A DNA stretch of 64,000 nucleotides from Cirrosporium novae-zelandiae (lineage: Eukaryota), in the NCBI GenBank assembly GCA_026023565.1, contig JAPETS010000001.1:434001-498000 (forward strand). Reading direction: 5' to 3'. The notes under the pieces are model-generated. The model did not search any database, was not told the origin of the DNA, and saw only the letters and a program-made list of their open reading frames with translations. Made by a program: the position numbers and the translations under genes. Numbering within the stretch: the first letter of the stretch is position 1; each line of letters begins with the position of its first letter. This document shows positions 40,188 to 52,452 of the stretch, one piece after another.

Positions 40188-41324
40188 ATGGCACGTCGAA
40201 ATTTCGACCTTAAGCTTAGGACCAACAAATGGTGGCTTCAAAAGCCGCCAGTGTTTCCTCTTCCGAGTATGCAAGGCCTGGGTAAATTTACGACGACTTA
40301 TCAGTGGTCCTATGAAGAATTCTGGGCGAGTGGAGGAGGGAAACATGGATTACATTGGTGTGCGCAGTCCGCTGGACTGATGATATGTCGATGCTTAAGG
40401 TATTATTACAGTCTTGTGCCAGAAAATCGTACAGGTCTTTTTTGTCTTTTGATGTATTATTCTGCACTTTGCCAAATAGCGTTGAAACAAGAGCTGAAGT
40501 TAATAGGCGTCCTTATAGTCAAACATTTTATTTTTTGAGTTTTACTTTGAGGCTGACCTAAATATACTAACCTCTGATCCAGGTCAAGGTCACTTGGGAT
40601 GAGGCTGACCCTGATAAGACTGCCCTCGTAGGACCCCTCTATGATATTTATTCGGGATAGTATTCTGACATGATAGAAGGGCGCACAAAAGTATTGTTTG
40701 CCTCCAGCCAATCGCGACGAAGAAGAGCTTGCAGCAGCAAAGAAAGGATATGGTCGTGCGATAGTGAACTACTGTGAAAAAAACAGCTTGCGGAAAGTTG
40801 GAGATGGAGAGTGCTGGAGCTTAGTCCTTTACGCTCTTACGGAAGTCGGTACCTCGATGATAAAGGCAGGGTTAGAACCTCCTTTTACTAGTGAAGGCAG
40901 AACACACGGCCAAACCATTCTAACTGTTGATGGGTCTTCTCGTGGATCTCCGGCTGATGCTCTACAAGTCGCCGATGTAGGTCCAGGTGACGTGGTGGAC
41001 ATGATTCAGGCACATTTTAAGTCCATATACAGACGTCGGCCCGGAGAACAAGGGGAGAAAAACGTGCGAGTTGGTTTTTCAGGATACCATGTGGTTACCA
41101 TTAAGAACGTTGCGGGTTCGATTATGACAGTCTACGAACAGAATGCGAACGGCAACGCCGTTATCGATGAAGGAGATTGTGATTTGATGGACTTACAAAG
41201 TGGGACGTTGAAGTTCATGCGGCCGATTGGAGCATCTTGGTGCCCTCCAATGACTATTACAAATGCGGAGATGAATGATTTTGATGGTTGGGAGATTACG
41301 GAAAGTTTGATAAACGGAACATGA
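40188..41324 (+). CDS. Bbc1/Aim3 C-terminal cysteine-proteinase-fold (CHAP-like) protein; apparent 1-nt frameshift in exon 1
   Basis: Exons 40188-40399, 40583-40627, 40677-41324; motifs VGDGECW (Cys), GDVV, YHVV (His), VYEQN. Exon 1 switches frame near 40337-40345. TATAAA at ~40119. Confidence 0.65.
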
Positions 41325-42299
41325 GAGAAGCTAGAATCACGGGACATGTAAAGGACTTGATATCATATTTACCTAGGCACCTAGGTAGTTTATGTTACGG
41401 TCACTAGGACCTCACCTTAGGTTTCCTGCCCTAAGGTCTAGAAAGCAAGCATCACATCAACCACAATTCTACGGGTTCACCTAGTTAGTTATACCGCAAA
41501 GTTAGCTTCCAATTGCCGATGCCAAGAGGTTGACTTTTGAGCGACAAATGAAGCTAAAAAATCCTTCAATCTACCTAATTCTTTATCCATCAATGAAGAA
41601 TTCTTATATCGGCCGTCTCCACCGATCACTGATCGAGAGGACAAGTGAAGAAGATCCGACCCAGAACAGGCAAGTCATTCCCACCTTTTTTTTCCTCTTC
41701 CAGTTTGGATTAAGAGCTTAGCTAGAGTACCTAGGCAGTTACTCTAGCGTATCTAGTAGCTTATTGGCAACGTTGAATCAATTACCCCGAGGCTTCCCCG
41801 CCTTAGTTTAGATACTGGGGCGATGGGGCACGCTGGGGTAGTAGATGGCGGCGATGCGGGGCCGAGGGGTGTCAGCTGTTTCTTCAATTTCACAAATCTT
41901 TCTATCAACTATGTCGAGCATGGAAATAACCCTCTAATTCGTCCCCAACGGTCGCTTGGTTATATCCAATCTTGCCAAATTCAATTGCCGATAAGAAAAA
42001 AGCCAAAATTGACGTTGAGGTCCCCATCCACTTGCACAAGCAACTACAGCTGGCTAATCTAATTGTACCACCGTAGTTTATCCGGGAGATGTTTCATTGT
42101 GCCCTTATATATCTGCGCGTGCTGCTACCGTTACAACATCTTCTCGTTTTTAATTATTTTTATCAAGAAAGAGGAGGATCCCTATTGCACGCACCCTTGC
42201 TCTTCTTCACTTCTTTTTGGCTTCAATTATTATTCTAGCTGTCTGAGCCCTTTTCAGGGATATAATCAATTATTAACGGCAGGCTAGAAGACAGCAGGT

Positions 42300-43978
42300 A
42301 TGGGGTTCATCCACCACCATGACCACAGCTCCGCTGCAGGCGAAGTCAATCCCTCCTCAGGCTCCATGGCCGGAGGAAAAGCGGGAGTGGACTATGCCTC
42401 GGACATCGCACCCGCCAATGCGGACGTACCAGTGCGCACGCTGGAAGCACCTCCCCTAGTACGCTTAATGACCGAATCGCAAAGACAACACTGCGAAAAG
42501 AGGCTTGTCCGAAAAATTGATTTCCGCCTGCTGCCTATGATTGTACTAATGTACATCATGAACTACCTGGATCGTAATAACATCGCAGCGGCGCGGCTGG
42601 CTGGGCTGGAAGATGATTTGCATTTGTCCTCGACCGAGTACCAGACTTGCGTTTCAATTCTTTTTGTTGGATATGTCATCATGCAGAGTATGTATATCCC
42701 TGAAAACCAAACTTTGCCTATACCCTCCCCTGCTCCTGCATAACTTCTCAATTGGTCTCCAAAAAAACTTAAATTCTTAATAATCCAACAGTCCCCTCGA
42801 ACCTCTTCCTCAACAAAATTGGCATGCCGGCCCTCTATCTCCCGACGGTAATGATAATTTGGGGGGTAATCTCCGCCGCCACGGGGGGCTGCCAAAGCTA
42901 TGCAGGCCTAGTGGTAATCCGCTTTATGCTCGGCTTCATAGAAGCTGCCTACTTCCCGGGCTGTCTCTTCTTCCTCTCCTCATGGTATACGCGTAAAGAA
43001 CTGGGCCTACGAACCGCAATCCTATACTCGGGCTCGCTTCTCTCAGGTGCCTTCTCCGGTCTCATAACCGCAGGCATCACAGACGGCATGAACGGCGTCC
43101 GAGGCCTACTAGCATGGCGGTGGCTCTTCATACTTGAGGGCTCCATCACCGTCGTCATTGCCTTTAGCGCCTACTTCATCCTCCCCAACTTCCCGCGTAC
43201 CACGGCTTGGTTATCAGAAGAAGAGCGCGAACTAGCCGTGTGGCGGCTCCAAGAAGACATCGGCCAGGACGATTGGACAGGCAGCGAAGCGCAGTCCTTC
43301 TTCCAGGGGCTCCGCCTTGCGGTCCTTGACATAAAAACCTGGATGCTGATGATAATAACCTTCTGCATTGTCGCCTCCGCATCCGTAACAAATTTCTTCC
43401 CCACCGTCGTGGAGACCCTCGGCTACAATAAAATAATCACGTTGCTCCTAACGGCCCCGCCCTACATCCTCGCATTCCTAACTGTCGGCTTCACAGCCTG
43501 GCATGCCGACCGCTCGGGCGAACGGTACTTCCACATAATCCTCCCTCTCTACATATCCGTCGCCTCCTTCATCCTCGCCGCCTGCACCACCTCCCTAGCA
43601 CCGCGCTATGTGGCCATGATGCTCATGGTGCCTAGCGTCTACCCCGCCTATGTGATAACCCTAACATGGATATCCAACTGCCTTCCACGCCCGCCGGCAA
43701 AACGCGCTAGCGCTATCGCCATCATAAACGCCGTTAGCAACTGCAGTAGTATCTATGCCAGTTACATGTACCCGACGAGTGCGGGGCCGAGGTATATTAC
43801 CGCTATGAGCGTTAATTGTGCGACGGCGTTTGTAGCGATTGTGTTTGCAACTGTTTTGAGGTTTATGCTCATGCGGTTGAATCGGAAATTGGATCGTGGG
43901 GAGCCGGTTGAGGGGGCTGTGGTTAATGTCGGTGGAGAGGAGGAGGCTACGAGGAGGGGATTTAGGTTTTTGACTTAG
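42300..43978 (+). CDS. MFS transporter, anion:cation symporter (Dal5/Tna1 allantoate-nicotinate permease family); one intron ~42689-42791
   Basis: KRLVRKIDFRLLP, NYLDRNNIAAARL, RFMLGFIEAAYFPG, SSWYTRKELGLR, WRWLFILEG, FRFLT*. Confidence 0.92.
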
Positions 43979-46053
43979 GGGGGTTTAGCTAGATGCATTG
44001 ATTCGGGGGGAGGGGGACGCGTGAAAACAAAAGAAAAGAGAACCAAAATCGAAGGAGCCGAAGACGAAGCAGAACCAAGAGCAGGAGGAATAGAAAGACA
44101 CCAAAAATGCAAAAAGTTGGAAAGCCTTGCTTTCTGCGTCAAGCGGGGATGCACAAGATGCAATATATTTAAAAGATCTATCGCTCATTCTTTTTACCTG
44201 CTTGACTGGTTGGGTTCTATTTTGGTACGGCCTAGAGAGCTTGTGAGGTGAAAGGTTGCTCTAGATTTCTTGGACCAACAACCAAAGATCCAACGAGGCG
44301 AAGGCCAAAAAAAAAGAGTATTATGATTAACGGCGAGGCAGACATGACAAAAAGCGAAGCAGAATTCAAAACCTGAACCTTCTCCCCCACTGAAAAAAGG
44401 GTCCACTGAATCCAAAAAGGCAAAAGATGAAGGGAGAGAGGAGACCTGGAACGAATGGCACGGATGGCATGAACAAAACGAACGGATGGAACGACATCAG
44501 GGACAACTGTACAATGCTACAGAACCAGCGCAACGCGATGTAGAGCAAAATCTAATTTACTCTGCTCTGCTCTGACCTGCTTTGGTTTTATCTAAGCCAG
44601 CCCCAAGCAACGCCCCCTTACGTACTCACAGTACCTCCCCTCGATGCAAAAACCTTCCATCCAAATAAGACAAGCTCCAGGGGAGGATACGATAGAATGC
44701 GATGAAACATGTCCCATCCATCCATTCGTCTACCAAAATCAAGCATACACATGTATATTGAGTCGTTTAAAAAAACCAAAAAAAAATCAAAATCATAACT
44801 AGCCAAAAAGATTGCTCCAACATAGGAGGAGTAAAGGGATACCTCAGCTCCTCCTTCGGATACAATAAATAATAACATTTTATTTAACATGTGTAAAATG
44901 TGTCAGATGAAAATATATGGCTTTTATATAGATAATTAGGTATGAAGTTCCCACTTTATGGATCTTATTTAATCAGATCAGTGTCAGATTAGTAGGATAC
45001 TGTACAGTACCAAGGGCAGACCTCGCTCCTACAACTAATTTATTCCACCACTGTCAAGACTATCAAGGCTAACAATCAACGAGGAGGATTCCTTTACCTT
45101 GCTTCATTTGCTGGAACTTTCCCTCATCAAGACGACTAGCATGCAGCCAAGGCAAGGCTGCCAAGAATTCTTGTTTATCGGTTATGCTGAGGGAGGTGCG
45201 AAAAAAGTTGTGGTGCATTTCACTTGAACAAAAATTTGCGAAAGTGTGTGTGATGATGACCTTTTGTACTTCCTTTGAAATATCATTGATGCATCTATCT
45301 CGTCTACTGCATCAGAAGAAGAGCCGGTTGCTTTCGCCTTCAGCACCAAGGGTTGACGCTGGACTGGCCTTCCTTCCCGTTGTCTCGAGATGATTGATCC
45401 TATTTTTCTATATCTAACTTACTTAGTCGTCGCCCTTGCTATATTCCTCGATTCAGTAGCTACGTTTCGCAGTCCTAATATGATTATACCTACATCCTGA
45501 CCTGCCATGAACATTTCTCTCATATTCAAATAACGCAAATCTAATAGCTAGATTTTCAATAAAAATAAGCTAGCAGTAAGGATAAATTAACTACGCTGGT
45601 GAGGACAGAGTGGACTTGATTGGGTGCTGCTGTCCTAGGACTTAACTAAGGCTGAAGCACATCATACTCATTTTGTGCCGTGTATGTGTATACGACCATT
45701 TAAAACTTCCCAAATATGTACATGTATGTACGCTCACGGCCTTACTGCCTTTTGAAAACAGGTAGTCAACATCACAAAATACGCCACGACAGAGAAATGT
45801 AATGTGGACTATGCAACAGATGCAACAAGGTAGGCTGGGTAGCGCTTACTCGGCTTCCTCTTGCACTATAAACATAAGCACAATGTCCTTGATGAGATTT
45901 TAAAATCAACTGCATCTGTCAATTTACCGCCCGAGTGTGTAAATTAAGTCAAACTATTTCTTCTTCTGGTTTGATCTTACTTTTTATATATTCTATAATC
46001 TCAACCTAACCTATCATCTCTACCACCACCACTAAATCCTTCAGCTCAACAGA

Positions 46054-46508
46054 ATGCCAGAAATAATCATCGACAGCTCTCGTGCGTGGGACGACGCAAT
46101 TTCCATGGTCACCAAAAATGAATTTCGTTGGGAATTCAGGGGCTGGACAACTAATCATCACCACCTCTGGAATGGCGAGGTAAAGCAGATACCCTTTTAT
46201 TGTTCGCCTATACACTATTTACCATTTTGAAGCCAGTTTATACTGGAATGAAAGGAGTACGCTTTCATCCTGCTTTGGGCGAGCAATCTTTCACCATTCG
46301 CCATGACTATGACTATGCCCTCGGCTTGAAACAGAATGGGGGTAAGGGCTACCACGTTAACGTGGAATTACCAAGGGAAAAATATGCCTTTGTTACTTCA
46401 CTTGGGAAAGGTCACGCCGAAGATTGCTGGAAAATGCTGTCAGAACGAGTTACAAATGATGGTGATAACTTAGCGGCACAGTGGTTTATGGCAGGTGTGA
46501 GATACTAA
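46054..46508 (+). CDS. Small hypothetical protein (133 aa, 2 exons)
   Basis: Exon 1 46054-46179 (42 codons) joins via a GT-AG intron 46180-46232 in frame to the ORF-track frame; TATAAA at ~45867. Confidence 0.6.
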
Positions 46509-46877
46509 CCTATCTTTCTGGCAAGCACCCAATATTAGCAAAGTCTTCTGGATATCGGGTTCCGGAGGTTATGGACTCCGGTACGAGTTGTAAACACCGA
46601 GTCCATAGATAATTAACGTTATTTAGGACTTTTTAGTTGCGATTTATAATTTATCATAATTACTGCATGACCTCCTAGCCTAATGCCCCAAGTATCCACC
46701 GTAGGCCCTCAGGCCCCCTCAGGCCCCCTCAGGCCTTATCGAAAATAATAACCCATCTTGCTGTCAACCAACATCGCCAGGATAATAAACTGAGGTCAAT
46801 TCATTAGGAACTCAACAACCAGGATAGAATTCAAAAATCTAATCATAAGAATCAACTGCATATAGACTACATACACT

Positions 46878-48322
46878 ATGTCTGCATTGTTGGCGAGCAA
46901 TCCTGCAGATGCCCCAATAGAGGTAATCAAGGACCCCTCATTGTCTCTTACTTGCAGGGTCTGTCAAACCACTTTGGCCACAAATGCTCTTCAACGCAGT
47001 CACGCAAAGACCGATTGGCAGTAAGACCGTCAGACTCTCGAAGCTGTCAGCTGCTTACAGTGATCTTTATCTTCCAGTATCTACAATCTGAAACGACGCA
47101 TTGTCTCGCTGCCGCCACTCTCTGCCCAAGTATTTCATGACCAGGTCTTGGGTTACGAGGGAATAGCAGATGCTGCCGATATAAAGGTGAATAAACCATC
47201 CCCAAGGCTATATATCAATTACCATAGGATATTGAATAGTCAACAGGTACACCACAACCATCCTAGAGGCTCGCATCGTGCCCAGAAAGCTGAAGGGTTG
47301 AACATCTCCCTTGAAGGACTTAGATTAGCTTCCAACAAGTCCGGCGAAACAGAGGACGATCAGAACGCAAGCGATGATCGAGAAGAGCCCGCTAGCAGCA
47401 GCCAAGAAGAAGAAGAAGAAGCTGTGATTAGGCCTTTCGTCAGCTCGACGTGTCTTTTCTGCAGCCTCGATAGTTCCACCTTCGAGCTCAGTCTCGAACA
47501 CATGCAGAAAGAGCACGGCTTGTTCATCCCCGATCGAGATTATCTAATTGACCTCGAGACTTTTATCGGTTATCTCTTTACCATTATCGACAGATTTCAT
47601 GAATGTCTATATTGCGGGGCAACAAAAAGTACAGGAGAAGCTGCCCGGCAACATATGATTGGAAAGGGACATTGCAAAATAAACTCTGATGAAGAATCCG
47701 ACTTGGAGGAATTCTACGACTTTTCCAGTATCGAGGACGACCCCGACCATAAAAATGAGAAAGACGACAACGAAGAGAAAAAGGTTAGTAATATTGTACC
47801 TACAGAGGATGATGAACTTCACCTTCCTTCCGGCCGAACGGTGGGCCATCGCTCTCAAGCCCGCAACCACTCCCGGCAATCACCACTCACATCAGCAGCC
47901 GCACGCGCCGCCAAGCGCAATGCAATCACAGATAGCGGCGACGACAATAAACCAAGTTCAACCATAGCTCCTCTTCCTCCACGAGGTGGTCAGGGCGGGA
48001 AACAACTCACCACCACCACCCGTGGCTACAACGGACTAGGAATGATCGGGGTATCCGAGCTCCAGAAGCGTACACTTCGGGCAGTAGAAAAAAAAATCAT
48101 GAAAATCGAGATCAGGGCTCGGAATGAGTACCAGGCTTCACTGCAGAAGGCAGCAAATAAACAAAAATATTTCAAGGTGCGTTAGTTGATTTGATTTGAT
48201 TTGGGACCCTTTGCTTTTTATATATCCCCTCTTCCCTAGCCTAGCAAGACAGACAGACAACAAACTGATAGATGTATATTATATATATATAGCCCGATGT
48301 CCCAGGCCCAACCAACGGTTAG
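46878..48322 (+). CDS. C2H2 zinc-finger protein of the REI1/REH1/ZNF622 (TRI15-like) family
   Basis: CRVC..RSHAKTDWH|IYNLKRRIVSLPPL; CLFC..HMQKEHGLFIPD; ECLYCG..HMIGKGHCKI; LHLPSGRTVGHRS; ANKQKYFK|PDVPGPTNG*. Confidence 0.85.
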
Positions 48323-49507
48323 AAAAAAAAAAGAGAAAAAAAACTGAATCCGCTGGAGTTGGAGAGTAATTAATTAGTTGGATATGGCATATGCATATAT
48401 ATATAGCCAGACAAAAAAAAAAACACATATCTAGAGCTAGCTGTAGATAAGGACTTATTTCGCTCGTTTGTAACCAAGGATTGGTAAATTGGTAATGCAG
48501 CAGCAGAATATGAAAGCTAAGAAGCCTAATAATTAAGTTAAGTTAGTTAAGAATCTACGGAGCAAGACCAACCAGTAGGCGGGCGCCCTACTAATTAATT
48601 ACAGTAACTGGAATGGAAATTCTACTTTCTGCTTTTTGCCGCTAGCTATATCTATACCTAGGTACTGTGGTAATTTGTATAACGCTCCTTCTAGAGGGAA
48701 GGGGGGCGTCCACGACCTCCAGACAAACTAACAACATAACAATTACATGTATTCTATATATATATATATATGTACATAGTCTATGTATATTGAAACGTTA
48801 CGGTTTATTTGTTTGTTTGTTGGGTTGGGTAAAATGATTCAATTTTTTCAAAAAAAAACTCAACTACTAACTACCTAGGTAGTCTACTACAAGTAGATAA
48901 GTAAATAAGGTAGACTAAGTAATAAAAAAACTCCCCAATAGTCCCCACCCTCCCCTCATGTCATGCTTGTGCTGTTGTTCGAGTTCTCTTTTCTTTTCGC
49001 TTTTTTTGAAAAGACAGATCCAAGATCCTCCGACGACAAAAAAAAAACGAATTCCAAAAATCTAAAACTTTTTTCCTTTTTTGATTGATGCAGATGTAAA
49101 ACACACATCTTTAACACGACACATGGCATAAGCAGAATACAAAAGGCCAATCTAATGATTTATCGAGGTATCTCTCTCTCTCACGCGCCATGAAAGTAAA
49201 AAGGGGGGTTGTTAATAAAAAGGGGCGGGTGTTTGTTGCAACCTTCTGCAATAACGGCAAGAAGACTACTTCCTCTTTCGAGGAGGGAGAGAGGAGCAAG
49301 AAATTATTGTACCCATAACCCACCCATATTTTCATTTGATGCTTCATCGCTCGTTCAATTCCCATATATCTGGCTTTGTGAAGAACCATAACTTTATCTT
49401 GAATGAACGCACGCACATTTGTGCTTTCTTAAGTGTATCGTGTCTAATAAGTATTCATAGACGTTGATGCATGATCCTCTACATCATTTTTCATTAGTGT
49501 CGTTCTC

Positions 49508-51290
49508 TCAATAAGAGCTCTGCTGCATCCTCGCCTCAGCTTCCTTTTCATCCTCCGTCTTTGTCTTGTCGGCCTCGGCTTCTGTGCCAACTATCACTAC
49601 TTCACTATATGAAGGGAATGATTCCATTTGGAGCCCCGACTTTGAAGAAACTTCTGGCTCTGGCGCTGGCTTCTCCACTCCTTTGATCTCCGCCTTTTCT
49701 GATGTTGGGGTTGCGAATACACTATTTGTTTTTGAATAGCCATGGACCGGTCGTTCTTGATATTGTGTCTTGGTATCTCTAAACACATCGCTGCCAGCTT
49801 TTTCTGCAGCTCCAATTCCGCTGCTGGAAGCATGGCGTCTTGTGCTTGATTGCGTGCGCTTGAGGTATGACTGTACAAAAAACTTTCCAAAAAGATATCT
49901 GTTTGAGGGGGTTAATATCTTCTCGACTCTAGTATTCATGATTGTTTGGAGGTCTTACGTTAGGGGGAATAAATAGCAGATATTAAACCAGACCGCAAAC
50001 CCTTCGCCGGCTGTGTCCAGGCAATTGATAGCTTGGTAATCCAGGCGATATCTGATTTCCTCTCGGGCTTTTGAGTCTTGCATTGCGTGGACTGCATCAA
50101 TCCCGAATTGCTGCCCCTCCGAATTTCTTATATTTGCTGCAAGGCCTTCTTGGCCGGCTGCGCGTAGTCCGACTTTCTTCAACCAAGTTCCCATATCAGC
50201 AGATGCAGTCGCTGACGCGACGACAGATGAAACAACAGAGCTGACGGTTGATGCAGCGGAGGGGATTGCAGAAGACAAGTTGTCCTTCGTAAAGAGGTAA
50301 GGGACCATGACAGGGATGTCATATTTGATGAACAAGTGTGTGACAGCAAAAGAGACACCAGCAACAAACTGCGTGATCTGGAGGGTTGTAATAGTTCGTT
50401 TGATAACCGTTGGGACGTGGTATCCGAGAGCGCAAATGGCGTAATAACTGTACTTGAGGATTGTAAGTATAATTCTCCTCGAAACCTGATAAAAAAGAAT
50501 GGTAACATACCATTATACCATGAATAAAGGAATTAACAACCACAAACATCCAAATTGGTGGTGCCATGTAACTTATCCCAGCCCACATACACATCATTGC
50601 TCCCGCATGATGATACGTCTGCAAAGTTGAGCTTTGCTTCCCTTTTAGGAGAATTATTACCGTATCCAGGACCTCATAGAACTTTGAGAGGTAGAAGAGC
50701 CAGCCATAATAGGCTAGGCCTTCATTCCACATTCTACCCAGGTCTGTAGAATCCGGTAGATTATTTCCATCAAGCTTAATCATCGAGTTCGTAAACCCCC
50801 ATGACGTTGTTTCCGGATTGTATGTAACTGCGTTTCCCAGACCGCGAGGACCGTGAATTTTGCAAAAGCCATCTACCATTCCAGCGAACCCATCTCTCTG
50901 GTACCAAGTGGGTACAGAGGCTCTTAGGCCCTGGTACATTCCCACACAAGTCCAACCTGAATATAGGGCGAGAAATACATTGTGTGCAATGACGAAATAG
51001 TCAAAAGCCTTAGTTCGACTGATCCCCCACGGCTTTCGACCGCGTCGGTTATTGACACTATTGAAGATGTTGACTGAAGTAATGTAAACCAGCGCAATGG
51101 TGAGCGGATAAACGACACTGAGAGGAATATTATAGATGGCGCTCGGTATATTAAACGGGTGAAGCCAATCAAAGGGCATTGTTGGAGGAGCTAACGTTGC
51201 TGGGTCAGGTGGGGGCGGAAACCTGAAGAGATGAGAGGGAGGGCGGGAAAGATAGACGGAAGCCTTGCTTCCCGGGTTGAGATTGATCAT
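49508..51290 (-). CDS. Fatty acid elongase (GNS1/SUR4/ELO family, divergent fungal clade), multi-exon
   Basis: FYLSKFYEVLDT, LQTYHHAGAM His box, NSFIHGIM|Y, TTLQITQF, YLFPLT|YLFGKFFVQSY. Confidence 0.9.
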
Positions 51291-52061
51291 ATTGAAAGAT
51301 TCTAAGAATTAATTAGTTTGAAAGTGTCTGAGCCGAAAGGTTCCATAGCGTCAAGTGATAAGAAAGAAAGAGTAGAAGATGGGGTACACATACCTGTTTC
51401 CTATCAAGAAGAGGACAAGGAAATTAAGATTGAGTTGAGTTTACCTATTTACCATACGCACTAGAGAAGAGACAAAAATGCGAAAGAAGAGGAGGAGAGG
51501 AGTGGAGATATTCTGAGATGTTCTGAAGGAAGGAAAGAAGGAAAGAGAGAAAGAAAGAAAGAGAGATGTAGAGTATATGATATTAACAGTTTTCGGCTGG
51601 TGGCCAGTACTGAGTCAGTGAGAAAACTGTTGACATTTTTTTCTCTTCCTGGGTAAGCTCCGATAATGACGGCGACGATGCCGAGGTTGTTTTGTTTTTG
51701 TTCCTGCATGAGACAACTCAACAAGCTTGAAAGCTCGGATGAGCAAGATTGATGGGGATAGATCTAAGATGTGTATATTTTTCGCTAAAGAAGTAAATAA
51801 ATAATAGATAAAAAAGAAATATGAGGATGATTACCATAGTAGACCGTATTACAAGCTACATGAACATAGCTGACCTGTAGATTACCAGATTCAATTGATG
51901 ATTATAGGAATGGTCCATCTTGAGTACTTTTCAAGGAATTACATTAATTACACCTTGGTGGGGTTCAAGTTGGGTTCAATTCCCAACAAAAGTCCAGCCA
52001 CTGTCGCCAATGTTGAAACGTCATTTCGTCACTTATCCGGTTCAACGGGTCCAACCTCGAC

Positions 52062-52112
52062 GAGTACGCTATGAGTACGCTATGGGTACGCTATGGGTAC
52101 GCTATGGGTACG
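52062..52112. repeat. 11-bp tandem repeat G(A/G)GTACGCTAT x4-5
   Basis: Seen directly, between the elongase promoter and the HK 3' end. Confidence 0.85.
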
Positions 52113-52452
52113 CCATCATTACGCTAATTAATTAATCAACTCATGCACCCATGTCATTTACTAGCATATTGTGTAATTTATGCAAACAATGTAATTATAC
52201 ATGGTAAACCTGAACACCCATCTCAATACCAACATACCTGCTTAGGTACAACATGTACATAAATATCAAATAAATATATCATGCTACTTAATAGGGAATC
52301 ATCTGCCGAAATTCCTCATGTCTTCCATCATTAATCATCCCAACGCCATCATGACCTTTCTTTTATCCAAATATCTCTTCAACACTTATCAGAAACCACC
52401 CTCCCAGAAACACCTGCCCCATGGAAATCCAATCCACCTCTTTTAGAGCATC

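Noticed and set aside
40040..40190. Stop-codon readthrough fusing the Aim3-like ORF to the downstream domain
   Set aside because: The two ORFs are in different frames, so plain readthrough cannot join them.
45140..45400. Possible 2EXR/F-box-like gene remnant (LREVRKKLWCISLE)
   Set aside because: Resemblance is only a few residues and no coherent gene model can be built.
51969..51987. tRNA T-arm/B-box-like hairpin GTTGGG-TTCAATT-CCCAAC
   Set aside because: No acceptor stem, D-arm or anticodon arm can be folded around it; not a tRNA.
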